NCBI GenBank assembly: GCA_964518425.1
Contig: CAZFGG010000001.1
Location: 120,597-176,935 of the forward strand
Source of the DNA: an uncultured Gammaproteobacteria bacterium
GTDB lineage: Bacteria > Patescibacteriota > Patescibacteriia > SBBC01 > CAIJZX01
DNA length: 56,339 bases
Direction of reading: 5' to 3'
Part shown: positions 1-8,978 of the stretch, in pieces
How positions within the stretch are numbered: position 1 is the stretch's first letter
Layout: the number at the start of each line of letters is the position of its first letter
Position numbers and translations under genes: made by a program
The notes under the pieces: generated by a model
The model's input: only the letters and a program-made list of their open reading frames with translations
What the model was told of the DNA's origin: nothing
Database searches by the model: none

Positions 1-1
1 A

Positions 2-1258
2 ACGAAAGAACTCGAGAAGGTTGATGTCTCGGACAAAGGCTTAGAAGAAGTCGTCAAGACCGCCCCGGTTTCAAAAATTGTCTCGGTTGTTTTACGCCAC
101 GCCGTCGAAGGCAAGGCCTCAGACGTGCACATCGAACCGGTTGGGAACGAGACCCGTATTCGGTACCGGATTGACGGTATTCTTCATACCTCCCTCGTTC
201 TGCCAAAGCACGTCCACTCCTCGCTCGTGGCACGTATTAAAGTTTTGTCGAACCTCAAGATTGATGAAACACGGGTGCCACAGGACGGACGTTTCCGCAT
301 GAACATTGAGGGTCGCGATATCGACTACCGTGTCTCAACCTTGCCGCTCATCAACAACGAAAAGGTGGTCATGCGGATTCTCGACACCTCATCGAACATG
401 ATTACCCTGAACACGCTCGGATTCGATGGCCGGAACCTAGAGGTCATGAAGGACGCGACGACGCGTTCCCACGGCATGTTCCTCATCACTGGTCCGACGG
501 GTTCTGGAAAATCAACGACACTCTACGCCTTGCTTAACATCATGAACGAAGAGGGCGTCAACATTATCACCCTGGAAGATCCGGTCGAGTACTACATGGA
601 GGGGATCAACCAGTCGCAGGTGAACCCCGAAGTCGGCCTGACATTTGCGGCCGGTCTACGTTCGATTCTTCGTCAAGACCCGGACATCATCATGGTCGGA
701 GAAATTCGAGATAATGAAACCGCCGCTTTGGCGGTGCACGCGGCCTTAACCGGGCATATCGTTTTATCGACGCTCCACACCAACGACTCTTTTGGCGCCG
801 TGCCGCGGCTGATTGACATGAAAATTGAGCCCTTCCTCATTGCCTCGTCGCTCAATGTTGTCATGGCCCAACGGTTGGTCCGCCGTGTCTGTCCATACTG
901 TAAAAAAGAAATAACCATGCCGAAGGATCTCGAACAGGAAGTTTTTGCCACCCTCAGCGGTCTCCCGAAAACTGCCTGGCCGAAAGAATATAGCTATGTC
1001 TCGCCGTTGAAGTTTTGGCAAGGCCAGGGCTGTGTCCGCTGCGAAAATACAGGCTATAAAGGCCGGATCGCGATTTCTGAAGTGCTTGAAGTAACCGAAG
1101 CGATTAAAAAAATCATTGTTTCTGGCGGCGACCTGATCGCTAATATTCAGCATGATTTCGTCAGTCAAGGCATGTTCTTCATGAAACAGGACGGAATTTT
1201 TAAAGCCCTCAAAGGTGAAACCACCATTGAGGAAGTCTGGGATGCCACCAGAGCTTAA
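2..1258 (+). CDS. pilB: Type IV pilus assembly ATPase, PilB/GspE family (5' end lies outside the window)
   Basis: Frame is open from the window edge. Walker A GPTGSGKST, GEIRD Asp box, STLHTND His box, and a C-terminal CPYC...CVRC tetracysteine typical of GspE/PilB. Confidence 0.93.
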   Translation, partial: TKELEKVDVSDKGLEEVVKTAPVSKIVSVVLRHAVEGKASDVHIEPVGNETRIRYRIDGILHTSLVLPKHVHSSLVARIKVLSNLKIDETRVPQDGRFRMNIEGRDIDYRVSTLPLINNEKVVMRILDTSSNMITLNTLGFDGRNLEVMKDATTRSHGMFLITGPTGSGKSTTLYALLNIMNEEGVNIITLEDPVEYYMEGINQSQVNPEVGLTFAAGLRSILRQDPDIIMVGEIRDNETAALAVHAALTGHIVLSTLHTNDSFGAVPRLIDMKIEPFLIASSLNVVMAQRLVRRVCPYCKKEITMPKDLEQEVFATLSGLPKTAWPKEYSYVSPLKFWQGQGCVRCENTGYKGRIAISEVLEVTEAIKKIIVSGGDLIANIQHDFVSQGMFFMKQDGIFKALKGETTIEEVWDATRA

Positions 1259-1268
1259 CCCACGACCT

Positions 1269-1655
1269 ATGGCCGATCCACAACGCCCCTCCATTCTCCT
1301 CGTCGAAGACGACACCTTCCTGGCCGGAATGTACGTCACAAAATTAACCATGGAAGGGTTTGCCGTGAAGCTGGCGAATGATGGCCAAGAGGGCTTAGCT
1401 CAAGCGAAGAAGAGTCCACCCGACCTCATCTTATTGGATATCCTCTTGCCGAAGATGAATGGCTTCGATGTCTTAAAAGCGTTAAAGAAAAATCCGCCAA
1501 CCGCCTCCGTACCAGTCATTCTCTTAACGAACTTGGGACAGAAGAGTGATGTCGTCCAAGGGCTTGATCTCGGGGCGACCGATTACCTGATCAAGGCCCA
1601 CTTCATGCCGTCGGAAGTCGTGGCCAAGATTAAAGAGGTCCTCCACCGAGACTGA
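1269..1655 (+). CDS. Stand-alone CheY-like response-regulator receiver domain
   Basis: ILLVEDD acidic pocket, LLDILLP phospho-acceptor Asp, LLTN, K in YLIKA. First in-frame ATG after the pilB stop. No output domain. Confidence 0.85.
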   Translation: MADPQRPSILLVEDDTFLAGMYVTKLTMEGFAVKLANDGQEGLAQAKKSPPDLILLDILLPKMNGFDVLKALKKNPPTASVPVILLTNLGQKSDVVQGLDLGATDYLIKAHFMPSEVVAKIKEVLHRD

Positions 1656-1658
1656 CGC

Positions 1659-2726
1659 ATGGGTTCAACGGACAGTATTACCCTGAATCGGATTCTGACT
1701 ACGGCCGCCGGTTGGCACGCCTCGGATTTACATTTTGTCGTGGGAACGTCACCGGTCGTGCGGGTCGATGGTAAACTCGTGACCCTCGATGACGAGCCGA
1801 TGTGCAGCGCTGATTTTCTTGATGCCGTGGCCGCGACCTTACTGACCGATGCCCAGCGTCAACAACTCCAGCAGCAGAAAGAGGTCGTCGTCGCCTTCAG
1901 CCTCAACCCCCAGATTCGTTTTAAAGTCAGTGCCGTCTACCAGCGCGGCTCGCTAGCCATCTCGTTGCATTTCATCCCGACGACCGTCAAGCGTTTGAAG
2001 GATCTCGGTCTACCTGAGGCCGTCACAAAATTCACCCAGCTAACCAAAGGGCTGGTTCTGATTACCGGTCCTTACGGTTCCGGACGGACAACAACCATGA
2101 ACGCTATTATTAACGAAATCAACCAGCACCGCACAGTCAATATAGTGACGATCGAGCAGCCAGTTGAATTCCAATTCGTCAATGACAAAAGCATCATCGA
2201 ACAGCGTGAAGTTGGTCGGGACGCCTTGACCGCCGAGCAAGCGATCATGGCGGCTAGCCGCGAAGACGTTGACGTGATCGTAGTGTCCGAGGCGAGCAAC
2301 CAGAACGTGATCGCGGCCATGCTCGAAGCCGCCGAGGCGAGCCGGCTCGTGATCTCCACGATGAATACTGACTCCGTTTTGGCTACGGTCGAAAAGATTC
2401 TCAATTCTTTTCCCTCCGATGAAGAGGCGAAAATTCGTGGCCAACTGTCGGCCGTCTTAGCTGGCGTTGTCAGCCAACGATTGTTACCGAAAATGGGCGG
2501 CGGGGTTGTGGCCGTGGCTGAAGTCATGATGCCGTCGCCACCAACGCGAGCAGTCATTCGGGACGGCGCCCTGACCCAGCTCGGGAATGTTCTTCAGACC
2601 TCGCGCGAACCGGGGACGGTCTCGTTCGACCGGAGCCTAGCACAACTGGTCCAGGATGGTATCATTAGTCCCGACGATGCCCTGGAGAACGCCCAAGACC
2701 GGTCCGTCATCCAGGCACTCAAATAA
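1659..2726 (+). CDS. pilT: PilT-like hexameric ATPase homolog with degenerate catalytic motifs
   Basis: PilT-type N-terminus (ASDLHF..G..P..RVDGKL). P-loop reads GPYGSGRTT (Lys to Arg), SEASN replaces GEMRD, and STMNT replaces TLHT. Confidence 0.85.
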   Translation: MGSTDSITLNRILTTAAGWHASDLHFVVGTSPVVRVDGKLVTLDDEPMCSADFLDAVAATLLTDAQRQQLQQQKEVVVAFSLNPQIRFKVSAVYQRGSLAISLHFIPTTVKRLKDLGLPEAVTKFTQLTKGLVLITGPYGSGRTTTMNAIINEINQHRTVNIVTIEQPVEFQFVNDKSIIEQREVGRDALTAEQAIMAASREDVDVIVVSEASNQNVIAAMLEAAEASRLVISTMNTDSVLATVEKILNSFPSDEEAKIRGQLSAVLAGVVSQRLLPKMGGGVVAVAEVMMPSPPTRAVIRDGALTQLGNVLQTSREPGTVSFDRSLAQLVQDGIISPDDALENAQDRSVIQALK

Positions 2727-2753
2727 CCACAACCTCAAAGAAACCTCTGTCCC

Positions 2754-3965
2754 ATGCCCGTCTACGATTATAAAGCCAAAGATGCTGACGGTACGACGAT
2801 TACCGGCGCGGTTGAAGCGCCGAACGACGTTGTTGCCCAAGACACCCTGAAGGAACGCAGCCTGATCGTTGTTTCGTTGTCCGAACGAAAACGGAATACG
2901 CTCTTCCAGTCGAGCTTAGGTTTCTTCAACCGCGTACCCAAGAAAGATGTGGTTCTATTCGCCAGGCAGTTAGCGGTCATGATTTCCGCTACCGTCCCGA
3001 TCGTCCAAGCCCTTCGTATTCTCGTCAAGCAGACATCGAACATCACGTTTAAAATTATCATCTCCGAAATCGCTGACGAAGTTGATGGTGGCGCGAAACT
3101 TTCTGGTTCATTGGCCCGGTACCCCCAAGCTTTTTCCGATTTCTTCATTCACATGGTCCGTTCCGGAGAGACGACCGGCAAACTCGACGAGACCCTGAAT
3201 TACCTGGCCGACCAGCAAGAAAAAGATTACGATCTCGAAAGCAAAATTAGAGGCGCGATGATCTACCCGGCCTTTATCCTCAGCGCCATGGTTGTGATCG
3301 GCGTTCTCATGATGGTTTTCGTCATCCCGAAACTAACTGACGCCCTGAAAGCAGGCGGGGCAAAGTTACCGCTGGCGACAACCATCCTGATCGGTATTAG
3401 TAGTTTTCTACAGCACCAATGGTGGCTATTATTGGCCCTGATCATCATTGGTGTAACGGTTGCCCGGCTCTACTTACGTACGCCCGGCGGTCATCGGCAA
3501 TTTGATACGCTCAAGTTCCACTTGCCGATTTTTGGGGAAATTTTCCAAAAAATTTACCTCGTTCGTTTCTCTCGGAGTTTTTCAACGCTCATCGCCAGCG
3601 GTATCCCGGCCACGAAAGCCCTAGAAATTGTAGCTGACGTCATTGGCAACGTCATTTACAAAGATTTAACACTCCAAACAATTCAGGAGGTTGAGGCGGG
3701 GAATTCGATTGCCTCGGTCCTCGTCCAAAGCAAGGTCGTCCCGCCGATGTTACCACAAATGATGATCGTCGGGGAACAGACCGGTAAACTTGACCTTATT
3801 TTGGATAAGTTAGCGACCTTCTACGCTAAGGAACTTGAAAACGTTGTGGCGAACTTGGTCAGCATTATCGAGCCGTTAATCCTGGTTGTCATGGGTGGGG
3901 CGGTCGCGGTTATTGTCATGGCTATTTTGCTCCCGCTCTACAATCTTTCCAGTGCCATTAGTTAG
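2754..3965 (+). CDS. pilC: Type IV pilus inner-membrane platform protein PilC/GspF
   Basis: 403 aa with a duplicated GspF-type cytoplasmic domain and three hydrophobic segments. Lies directly after pilB/pilT. Confidence 0.92.
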   Translation: MPVYDYKAKDADGTTITGAVEAPNDVVAQDTLKERSLIVVSLSERKRNTLFQSSLGFFNRVPKKDVVLFARQLAVMISATVPIVQALRILVKQTSNITFKIIISEIADEVDGGAKLSGSLARYPQAFSDFFIHMVRSGETTGKLDETLNYLADQQEKDYDLESKIRGAMIYPAFILSAMVVIGVLMMVFVIPKLTDALKAGGAKLPLATTILIGISSFLQHQWWLLLALIIIGVTVARLYLRTPGGHRQFDTLKFHLPIFGEIFQKIYLVRFSRSFSTLIASGIPATKALEIVADVIGNVIYKDLTLQTIQEVEAGNSIASVLVQSKVVPPMLPQMMIVGEQTGKLDLILDKLATFYAKELENVVANLVSIIEPLILVVMGGAVAVIVMAILLPLYNLSSAIS

Positions 3966-3982
3966 ACCAAAAGCATTTTTTG

Positions 3983-3991
3983 TGCTATACT
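3983..3991 (+). promoter_or_regulatory. Extended -10 promoter element TGcTATACT upstream of the major pilin (about 105-nt 5' UTR)
   Basis: Exact TGnTATACT match in the pilC-pilin intergenic region. Confidence 0.5.
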
Positions 3992-4105
3992 CAATGTGGA
4001 TAACTAAAAAACGAACGAATCGAGGCGGGGTCTAGGGTTCAGTTGGATCTATGACCTCTAGTCTCTCACCCTTGACTCGCTCATCCCTGAAGGGAGGTGA
4101 ACATC

Positions 4106-4663
4106 ATGCAGAAACAGAAAAAAGGTTTTACGCTTATCGAACTGTTGGTGGTCATCGCCATCATCGGTATTTTGTCAGCCATTGGTCTCGTCTCGTTGAA
4201 CGGTGCTCGTGAAAAAGCCCGCGATGCGCAACGGAAAAGTGACTTGGCCCAGATTCGTTCGGCCCTCGTCCTCTTCTACGACGACAACAACTCCAAATGG
4301 CCAGGTATGACAACGGCTTCCGGCACCGTGGTTCAAGCAGTTGCCTCGTGCTTAACAGCTAACCTTGTCACCAACTACCTTCAATTGATGCCAACGTCAC
4401 CATCCTCGAGCACCGCCTGTAGCAACTCGGGAACGTATTATTACGGCTCGAGCGGTCAGTCAGCGGCGGGTTGTGCTAACTTGTCTACGGACTACATCTT
4501 AGCAGCTCAGCTCGAAGGTCAGACGTGCAAACAAGCCTACATCCTCAACTCATTAGGATTCGGCGGAACAGTTGCTGAAACAACCGGCAACAACGTTACG
4601 GTCGCCACTTGTGGTGGTGGTTCGAATAACGAATGTGTAGCAGCCCCCCCAGCCCTTCCGTAA
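4106..4663 (+). CDS. Type IV prepilin, major pilin candidate
   Basis: GGGAGG Shine-Dalgarno 8 nt upstream. Leader MQKQKKG|FTLIELLVVIAIIGIL with Glu+5. Cys-containing C-terminal half and its own terminator. Confidence 0.9.
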   Translation: MQKQKKGFTLIELLVVIAIIGILSAIGLVSLNGAREKARDAQRKSDLAQIRSALVLFYDDNNSKWPGMTTASGTVVQAVASCLTANLVTNYLQLMPTSPSSSTACSNSGTYYYGSSGQSAAGCANLSTDYILAAQLEGQTCKQAYILNSLGFGGTVAETTGNNVTVATCGGGSNNECVAAPPALP

Positions 4664-4681
4664 TTCTGTGAAGGTTTGAAA

Positions 4682-4710
4682 ATGGCATCATACGATGCCA
4701 TTTTCTTTTT
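4682..4710 (+). terminator. Intrinsic terminator after the pilin gene
   Basis: 8-bp stem ATGGCATC/GATGCCAT with a 4-nt loop, followed by TTTCTTTTT. Confidence 0.8.
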
Positions 4711-4722
4711 AGGGAGAAAAAA

Positions 4723-4731
4723 TGCTATGAT
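4723..4731 (+). promoter_or_regulatory. Extended -10 (TGcTATGAT) placed 6 nt before ATG 4738, implying a leaderless mRNA
   Basis: TGnTATGAT, then 6 nt, then the start codon, with no SD sequence. Confidence 0.5.
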
Positions 4732-4737
4732 ACGCTC

Positions 4738-5340
4738 ATGGCATTTATATTTTCGGCACCATTTTGGTTCACCTGGGGTTTTTCAGGGATGATGTCAATA
4801 CTTCTCCTGGCGATATGGTTTTTGCATTTTCTCAAACGATGGCCATTGAAAATGTGGGTTTTTCTAGTTGCTCTGAGTATTCAAGCAGTAAGCGTAGGGG
4901 CTTATTTTTTCCTCCTGTGGACATCATATGGAGGCCTGCGCGGGGAAAAATATTTTCTACCGCCGCAGAACCAGATTTTATTGACCTCAGCGATGCATAT
5001 GCTCCAGCCGTACCTGGTTGGGTGGGTAGCCGCTCTCATCATCGCCTTGGTGTTATGGAAGATTTATGCTCGTTCAAAAGACCAGGTCGCCTTTGATCTG
5101 ACTGACGTGTATTGGATAACCCTTGGCTGCGGCTTGTGTAGCTGGCCAGGATTGTTGCCGTTCTTAGCACTCATTTTTGCCTTCGCCGTCCTGGGGATGA
5201 TATTCCTGGTCATCATTCGAAAACGATCATTTCATGATCGCCTAGTTATTTCACCGTTTATTGTTCCAGCGGCGGTTATCAGCTTAATGACAAATCCATG
5301 GGTTCTCCCGTGGACTCATCTCGATAAGATTCGTTTTTAG
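4738..5340 (+). CDS. Polytopic membrane protein of unknown function inside the pilus locus
   Basis: 200-aa ORF with five to six hydrophobic segments. No family recognised. Confidence 0.7.
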   Translation: MAFIFSAPFWFTWGFSGMMSILLLAIWFLHFLKRWPLKMWVFLVALSIQAVSVGAYFFLLWTSYGGLRGEKYFLPPQNQILLTSAMHMLQPYLVGWVAALIIALVLWKIYARSKDQVAFDLTDVYWITLGCGLCSWPGLLPFLALIFAFAVLGMIFLVIIRKRSFHDRLVISPFIVPAAVISLMTNPWVLPWTHLDKIRF

Positions 5341-5374
5341 AGAGGGGAGCAGGTTAGCCAGATAGGCGGTTTTT

Positions 5375-5383
5375 TGTTATACT
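5375..5383 (+). promoter_or_regulatory. Extended -10 (TGtTATACT) placed 6 nt before ATG 5390 (vestigial prepilin start MVRRGFT)
   Basis: Same geometry as the other leaderless promoters in this window. Confidence 0.5.
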
Positions 5384-5407
5384 TTTGACATGGTGCGACG
5401 CGGCTTT

Positions 5408-5722
5408 ACCCCGCCCCACTTCGTATGTTCTACGTATATATCCTTTACAGCCCAATATTTGGTGAACTGTACATTGGTTCAACAAATAACCTAAAGACCA
5501 GACTCCAACAACATCACGATGGCGCCGAATTATCAACAAAACGCTACCGGCCTTGGAAATTGGTGTACTACGAGGCCTACACCGAGGAAAAATTGGCAAG
5601 GCGGCGGGAACAACGACTAAAACATCACGGCAGCGCTATGCACGCATTGAAGAAACGATTAGAACTTTTTCCGATGAAATCCAAGAAACGTCACTCTTCG
5701 CGAAGTGGGGCGGGGTTTACCC
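5408..5722 (+). mobile_element. GIY-YIG nuclease cassette bounded by a perfect 16-bp inverted repeat and a 10-bp (9/10) direct repeat
   Basis: IR-L ACCCCGCCCCACTTCG at 5408-5423 is the exact reverse complement of IR-R CGAAGTGGGGCGGGGT at 5701-5716. Direct repeat GGCTTTACCC (5402-5411) / GGGTTTACCC (5713-5722). Confidence 0.6.
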
Positions 5723-6111
5723 TGACGGAAACGCTGATTACTGGCGCGCTTTTTGGGTTAGCTATTCTCGTCAGTACGCTTCTGCTCAGCAACGAACGAG
5801 CCCGGACGCGGGATGCCCTTCGGATTGCTGATATGACCCGTTTGGCGAGCGGATTTGCCCTGTTGTATGCTCAGCAGGCGACCTATGCCCCCGCTGCGGT
5901 CGGCTGCGGATCTGTTGGTTCTTTGGCCAGCGTCTGTACGCTCACAGCCGCACTCGGCGATATCAGTACGCTCAAAGATCCAGGACGGTTTCGCTACACG
6001 GTCAGCCAGGTTCCTAACCGGGATAACTTTGCTATTTCCTTTCGTTTGGAACGGCGCTACGGACCATGGTTCGCCGGTCCGCATTTCCTGACCAAAGCAG
6101 GTATCCAGTAA
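5425..6111 (+). CDS. GIY-YIG (UPF0213/YhbQ-type) nuclease domain fused in frame to a type IV pseudopilin
   Basis: N-terminal FYVYILYS..GELYIGSTNNL..R..H..Y..E motif set (about 83 aa). It continues without a stop into MKSKKRHSSRSGAG|FTLTETLITGALFGLAILV, a prepilin leader plus hydrophobic helix. Confidence 0.75.
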   Translation: MFYVYILYSPIFGELYIGSTNNLKTRLQQHHDGAELSTKRYRPWKLVYYEAYTEEKLARRREQRLKHHGSAMHALKKRLELFPMKSKKRHSSRSGAGFTLTETLITGALFGLAILVSTLLLSNERARTRDALRIADMTRLASGFALLYAQQATYAPAAVGCGSVGSLASVCTLTAALGDISTLKDPGRFRYTVSQVPNRDNFAISFRLERRYGPWFAGPHFLTKAGIQ

Positions 6112-6878
6112 TGGCCGGGTCGTCCCTCAGCTACGTCATTGTCGGGCTGCTCGGAGCGGCGGTCGGCAGCTTTTTGAACGTAGTTATCCTGCGGACCCAT
6201 CAAGACCGTCCTTGGTGGCGCGGCCGCTCGGCCTGCCCAAAATGTGGTCATGATCTACGCTGGTATGAGCTGATCCCGGTTTTTTCTTTCGTCGCGCTGG
6301 GCGGAGAGTGTCGGTACTGTCATCACACACTCACTCGCCAGTATTTTCTTGTCGAGGTGCTGACCGTGATCGCTTTTATTATTACGTTTGCCCACGAGGG
6401 GGGATTACTGCCGACGCTTCTTGCTTGGCTGACCGTTAGCGTCATGATCGCCTTGGCGGTTTACGACGCACGCTGGTCCCTCTTACCCGATTCCTTTTCT
6501 ATTGTTTTTGGCCTCGCGGCCGCCCTGTTCTCAGTCTTATCTCATCGCCCCGTCCTAGATATTTTGGCGGGAGGAATTGGAGGAGCGCTTTTTTTCGGAC
6601 TCCAGTTCGTGCTGTCACGACGTCAGTGGGTTGGTAGCGGAGATATTCTCCTTGGAGCTGGGCTAGGGTTGTTGCTCGGATGGCGCTGGCTGACGCTCTG
6701 TCTTTTTCTAGCCTACCTGAGTGGAGCAATTGTGGCCGCAACGCTTATCATCACCCGTCGCGTTAAGAATTCCGGTAATTTAGCCTTTGGCCCATATTTA
6801 CTCAGCGCCGGTTTCGTGAGCTGGATGTGGGGCGACCGGATCATTGACTGGTATTTTAACCATGCGATTTTCCGTTAA
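6111..6878 (+). CDS. pilD: Prepilin peptidase / N-methyltransferase (peptidase A24)
   Basis: FLNVV, CPKCGH...CRYCHH zinc motif, catalytic Asp contexts YDARWSLLPD and GSGDILLG. TAATG overlap with the upstream stop. Confidence 0.92.
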   Translation: MAGSSLSYVIVGLLGAAVGSFLNVVILRTHQDRPWWRGRSACPKCGHDLRWYELIPVFSFVALGGECRYCHHTLTRQYFLVEVLTVIAFIITFAHEGGLLPTLLAWLTVSVMIALAVYDARWSLLPDSFSIVFGLAAALFSVLSHRPVLDILAGGIGGALFFGLQFVLSRRQWVGSGDILLGAGLGLLLGWRWLTLCLFLAYLSGAIVAATLIITRRVKNSGNLAFGPYLLSAGFVSWMWGDRIIDWYFNHAIFR

Positions 6879-7536
6879 ATCACGGCCCGGATTTACGTTA
6901 ATTGAACTACTGATCAGTATTGCTATCATTGGCATTCTGACGGGCATCATGATGGTTGGTATCAATCAGCAAAAAAATATTAGCTTGGCCCGGCGAACCG
7001 CTGAGCAACTGCAGAATGATATTCAGGCCATGCAAAATAATGCCTTGTCTGGCCAGATTGTGACTGGCACAACGGTCGGCGGGTTTGGAGTATTCATTAA
7101 TCAGGGGAGCAGTACCTACAAACTATTCGCTGACGCCCTCGGCATTTGCAGTAATGCCGCCTCACAGACATGCACGCTCAACACCGAATGTCCCAGTGGT
7201 GGAAGCTGTCAGCCAAGCGGATATACGCGATTGCTTTATGACACAAGCGCTCCGGCCGATCCAGTTAGCCAAACGACGGCCCTGTCAACACCAATGTACA
7301 TCAGCAGTCTTGTTGGTACCCGGATGAGCAATGGCACAACGAGCAATTATCTTCGCGCTGACCTGGTCTATTCTCGACCAAGCGCCAATCTGACGATTTT
7401 CGGCGACGCAGCCGATGCCCTGTCATCGCTGACCGTCAAGCTGAAAAATATAAAACTCAATATATGCTACGCTGTAACCATCACCGCAGCCTCGGGCACG
7501 GTCACGAATCGTCAATTCACAACTGCCTCATGCTAG
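6862..7536 (+). CDS. Minor pilin / pseudopilin
   Basis: Leader MRFSVKSRPG|FTLIELLISIAIIGIL. Confidence 0.85.
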   Translation: MRFSVKSRPGFTLIELLISIAIIGILTGIMMVGINQQKNISLARRTAEQLQNDIQAMQNNALSGQIVTGTTVGGFGVFINQGSSTYKLFADALGICSNAASQTCTLNTECPSGGSCQPSGYTRLLYDTSAPADPVSQTTALSTPMYISSLVGTRMSNGTTSNYLRADLVYSRPSANLTIFGDAADALSSLTVKLKNIKLNICYAVTITAASGTVTNRQFTTASC

Positions 7537-8171
7537 CCCATCGCCGCGGCCAAACGCTCCTCGAAATGATCATCGGTATCGGTGTTATCACCGTGGCGAC
7601 GTTCGCGACGGCGACGCTGATTGTTTCTACGATTCGAACTGGTCGAGTCAGTCAAGCAAGAATTGAGGCGGCTGATCTCGCCCGCGAAGGGGTCGAAATC
7701 GTGCGCGGCATTCGCGATAGCAATTGGCTGAAAGCTGATCAGAACGCGGTCGAGAACGATGGGACAACCGTAGTCTGGAACTCGTATCGCGATGGCCTGG
7801 GGTATTATCCGATGAATGGCAAGTATACCGCCCTCTTTGTTCCGACAACTGGCCAGTGGACGCTCCAAACGACCGCCGCCGCAAGCTGTGTACTGTCCGA
7901 CGCGACGACACTGGTCTACCAGAAAACACAAACGGTCAGCGGGTCACCAACGACCTTCTACACGCAGCAAAATCCCTGTAACGGCTGCACGGCGACCAAT
8001 TACCATCGCATTATCGTTGTTACCCCGCTCCAAGATAATGTTACCTTCCCTGGCGCTGGTTCAGCGACACCGATTGATTATCTGTCGGTCGTGTCCACTG
8101 TTTGTGGCAATGCTCTCACTGGACCGAGCAAATCAATCGTTGCTTCGGCCCGCTTATATAATTGGAAATAA
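7530..8171 (+). CDS. Minor pilin-like protein (PilV-like, degenerate leader)
   Basis: MLAHRRGQTLLEMIIGIGVITVATFA; Glu+5 is retained and the start overlaps the previous stop. Confidence 0.75.
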   Translation: MLAHRRGQTLLEMIIGIGVITVATFATATLIVSTIRTGRVSQARIEAADLAREGVEIVRGIRDSNWLKADQNAVENDGTTVVWNSYRDGLGYYPMNGKYTALFVPTTGQWTLQTTAAASCVLSDATTLVYQKTQTVSGSPTTFYTQQNPCNGCTATNYHRIIVVTPLQDNVTFPGAGSATPIDYLSVVSTVCGNALTGPSKSIVASARLYNWK

Positions 8172-8172
8172 G

Positions 8173-8976
8173 ATGCCTCAACGCAAAGGATTCACCCTCA
8201 TCGAACTGCTCATCGTCACGGCCGTCTTTTCATTAATAGCGCTCGTCGCCACGACGGTGATTACTAGGATCCAGTCGACTCAGCGACAAATTCTCGGCCG
8301 CCAGCGAGTTGTCGCCGATGGACGATATGTCCTGGAAGCCATGGGTAGAACCATCCGCCAAAACCTTATCAACTATAAATACTACTGTAAGCCGGATCCG
8401 AACACTGGCTATTGCACATCAAGCCCATCTGGTGCCCAAACTATTTTGGCCTTGAAAGACACGACCAACGTCGAGACGTGCTATCTGTTCGATAATGTCA
8501 ATAAAAAAATCAGGATTATTTCGGGAACGAGCGTGACGAATTGTGCCGGTCCAAGTCCGGTCGACATCACGCCGGCTGACCTGGCGGTTGACGATTTTCA
8601 TATTTACATCACTCCGAAATCCGATCCATTCAAAACAGTTCCGCGCCAGAATACAGATTGCAAAGTCGCTCCAGTCGGAAACCCCGTCACGAGCGGGTAC
8701 GATCCGGACCGGAGCGTTTGCGCCTGCGTTGTCCAACCGATTAGCACCATTGATTGTTATCCTGATCAAGTGTGCGGTTCAACAGCCAACGTTGGCCAGG
8801 TATGTGACCCATTTGCGAACGGTGGTACTGGGGAAAAGAACTGTATTTGCCAAAACGCTAACCAGCAACCCCAAGTGACGTTGTTTATTTCTACCCGTTC
8901 CGTCAACCAGGCATCCGGCGAAAAATCACATTCCACCTTGCAGACCACCGTCACGAGTCACCTCTATCGACGATAA
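8173..8976 (+). CDS. Minor pilin / pseudopilin with a Cys-rich C-terminal domain
   Basis: Leader MPQRKG|FTLIELLIVTAVFSLIAL. The longer ORF from 7816 overlaps the previous gene and was rejected. Confidence 0.85.
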   Translation: MPQRKGFTLIELLIVTAVFSLIALVATTVITRIQSTQRQILGRQRVVADGRYVLEAMGRTIRQNLINYKYYCKPDPNTGYCTSSPSGAQTILALKDTTNVETCYLFDNVNKKIRIISGTSVTNCAGPSPVDITPADLAVDDFHIYITPKSDPFKTVPRQNTDCKVAPVGNPVTSGYDPDRSVCACVVQPISTIDCYPDQVCGSTANVGQVCDPFANGGTGEKNCICQNANQQPQVTLFISTRSVNQASGEKSHSTLQTTVTSHLYRR

Positions 8977-8978
8977 CC

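Noticed and set aside
764-1351. 195-aa minus-strand ORF
   Set aside because: It is antisense to the strongly supported pilB gene. It has no motifs or expression signals.
3994-4035. 13-codon mini-ORF (MWITKKRTNRGGV) just after the pilin promoter
   Set aside because: The ATG is only 2 nt from the -10 hexamer, so it would lie upstream of the TSS. It has no SD.
7816-8172. N-terminal 119-aa extension of the ORF 7816-8976
   Set aside because: It overlaps the preceding pilin-like gene in another frame. The prepilin leader MPQRKG|FTLIEL begins at 8173, right after that gene's stop.
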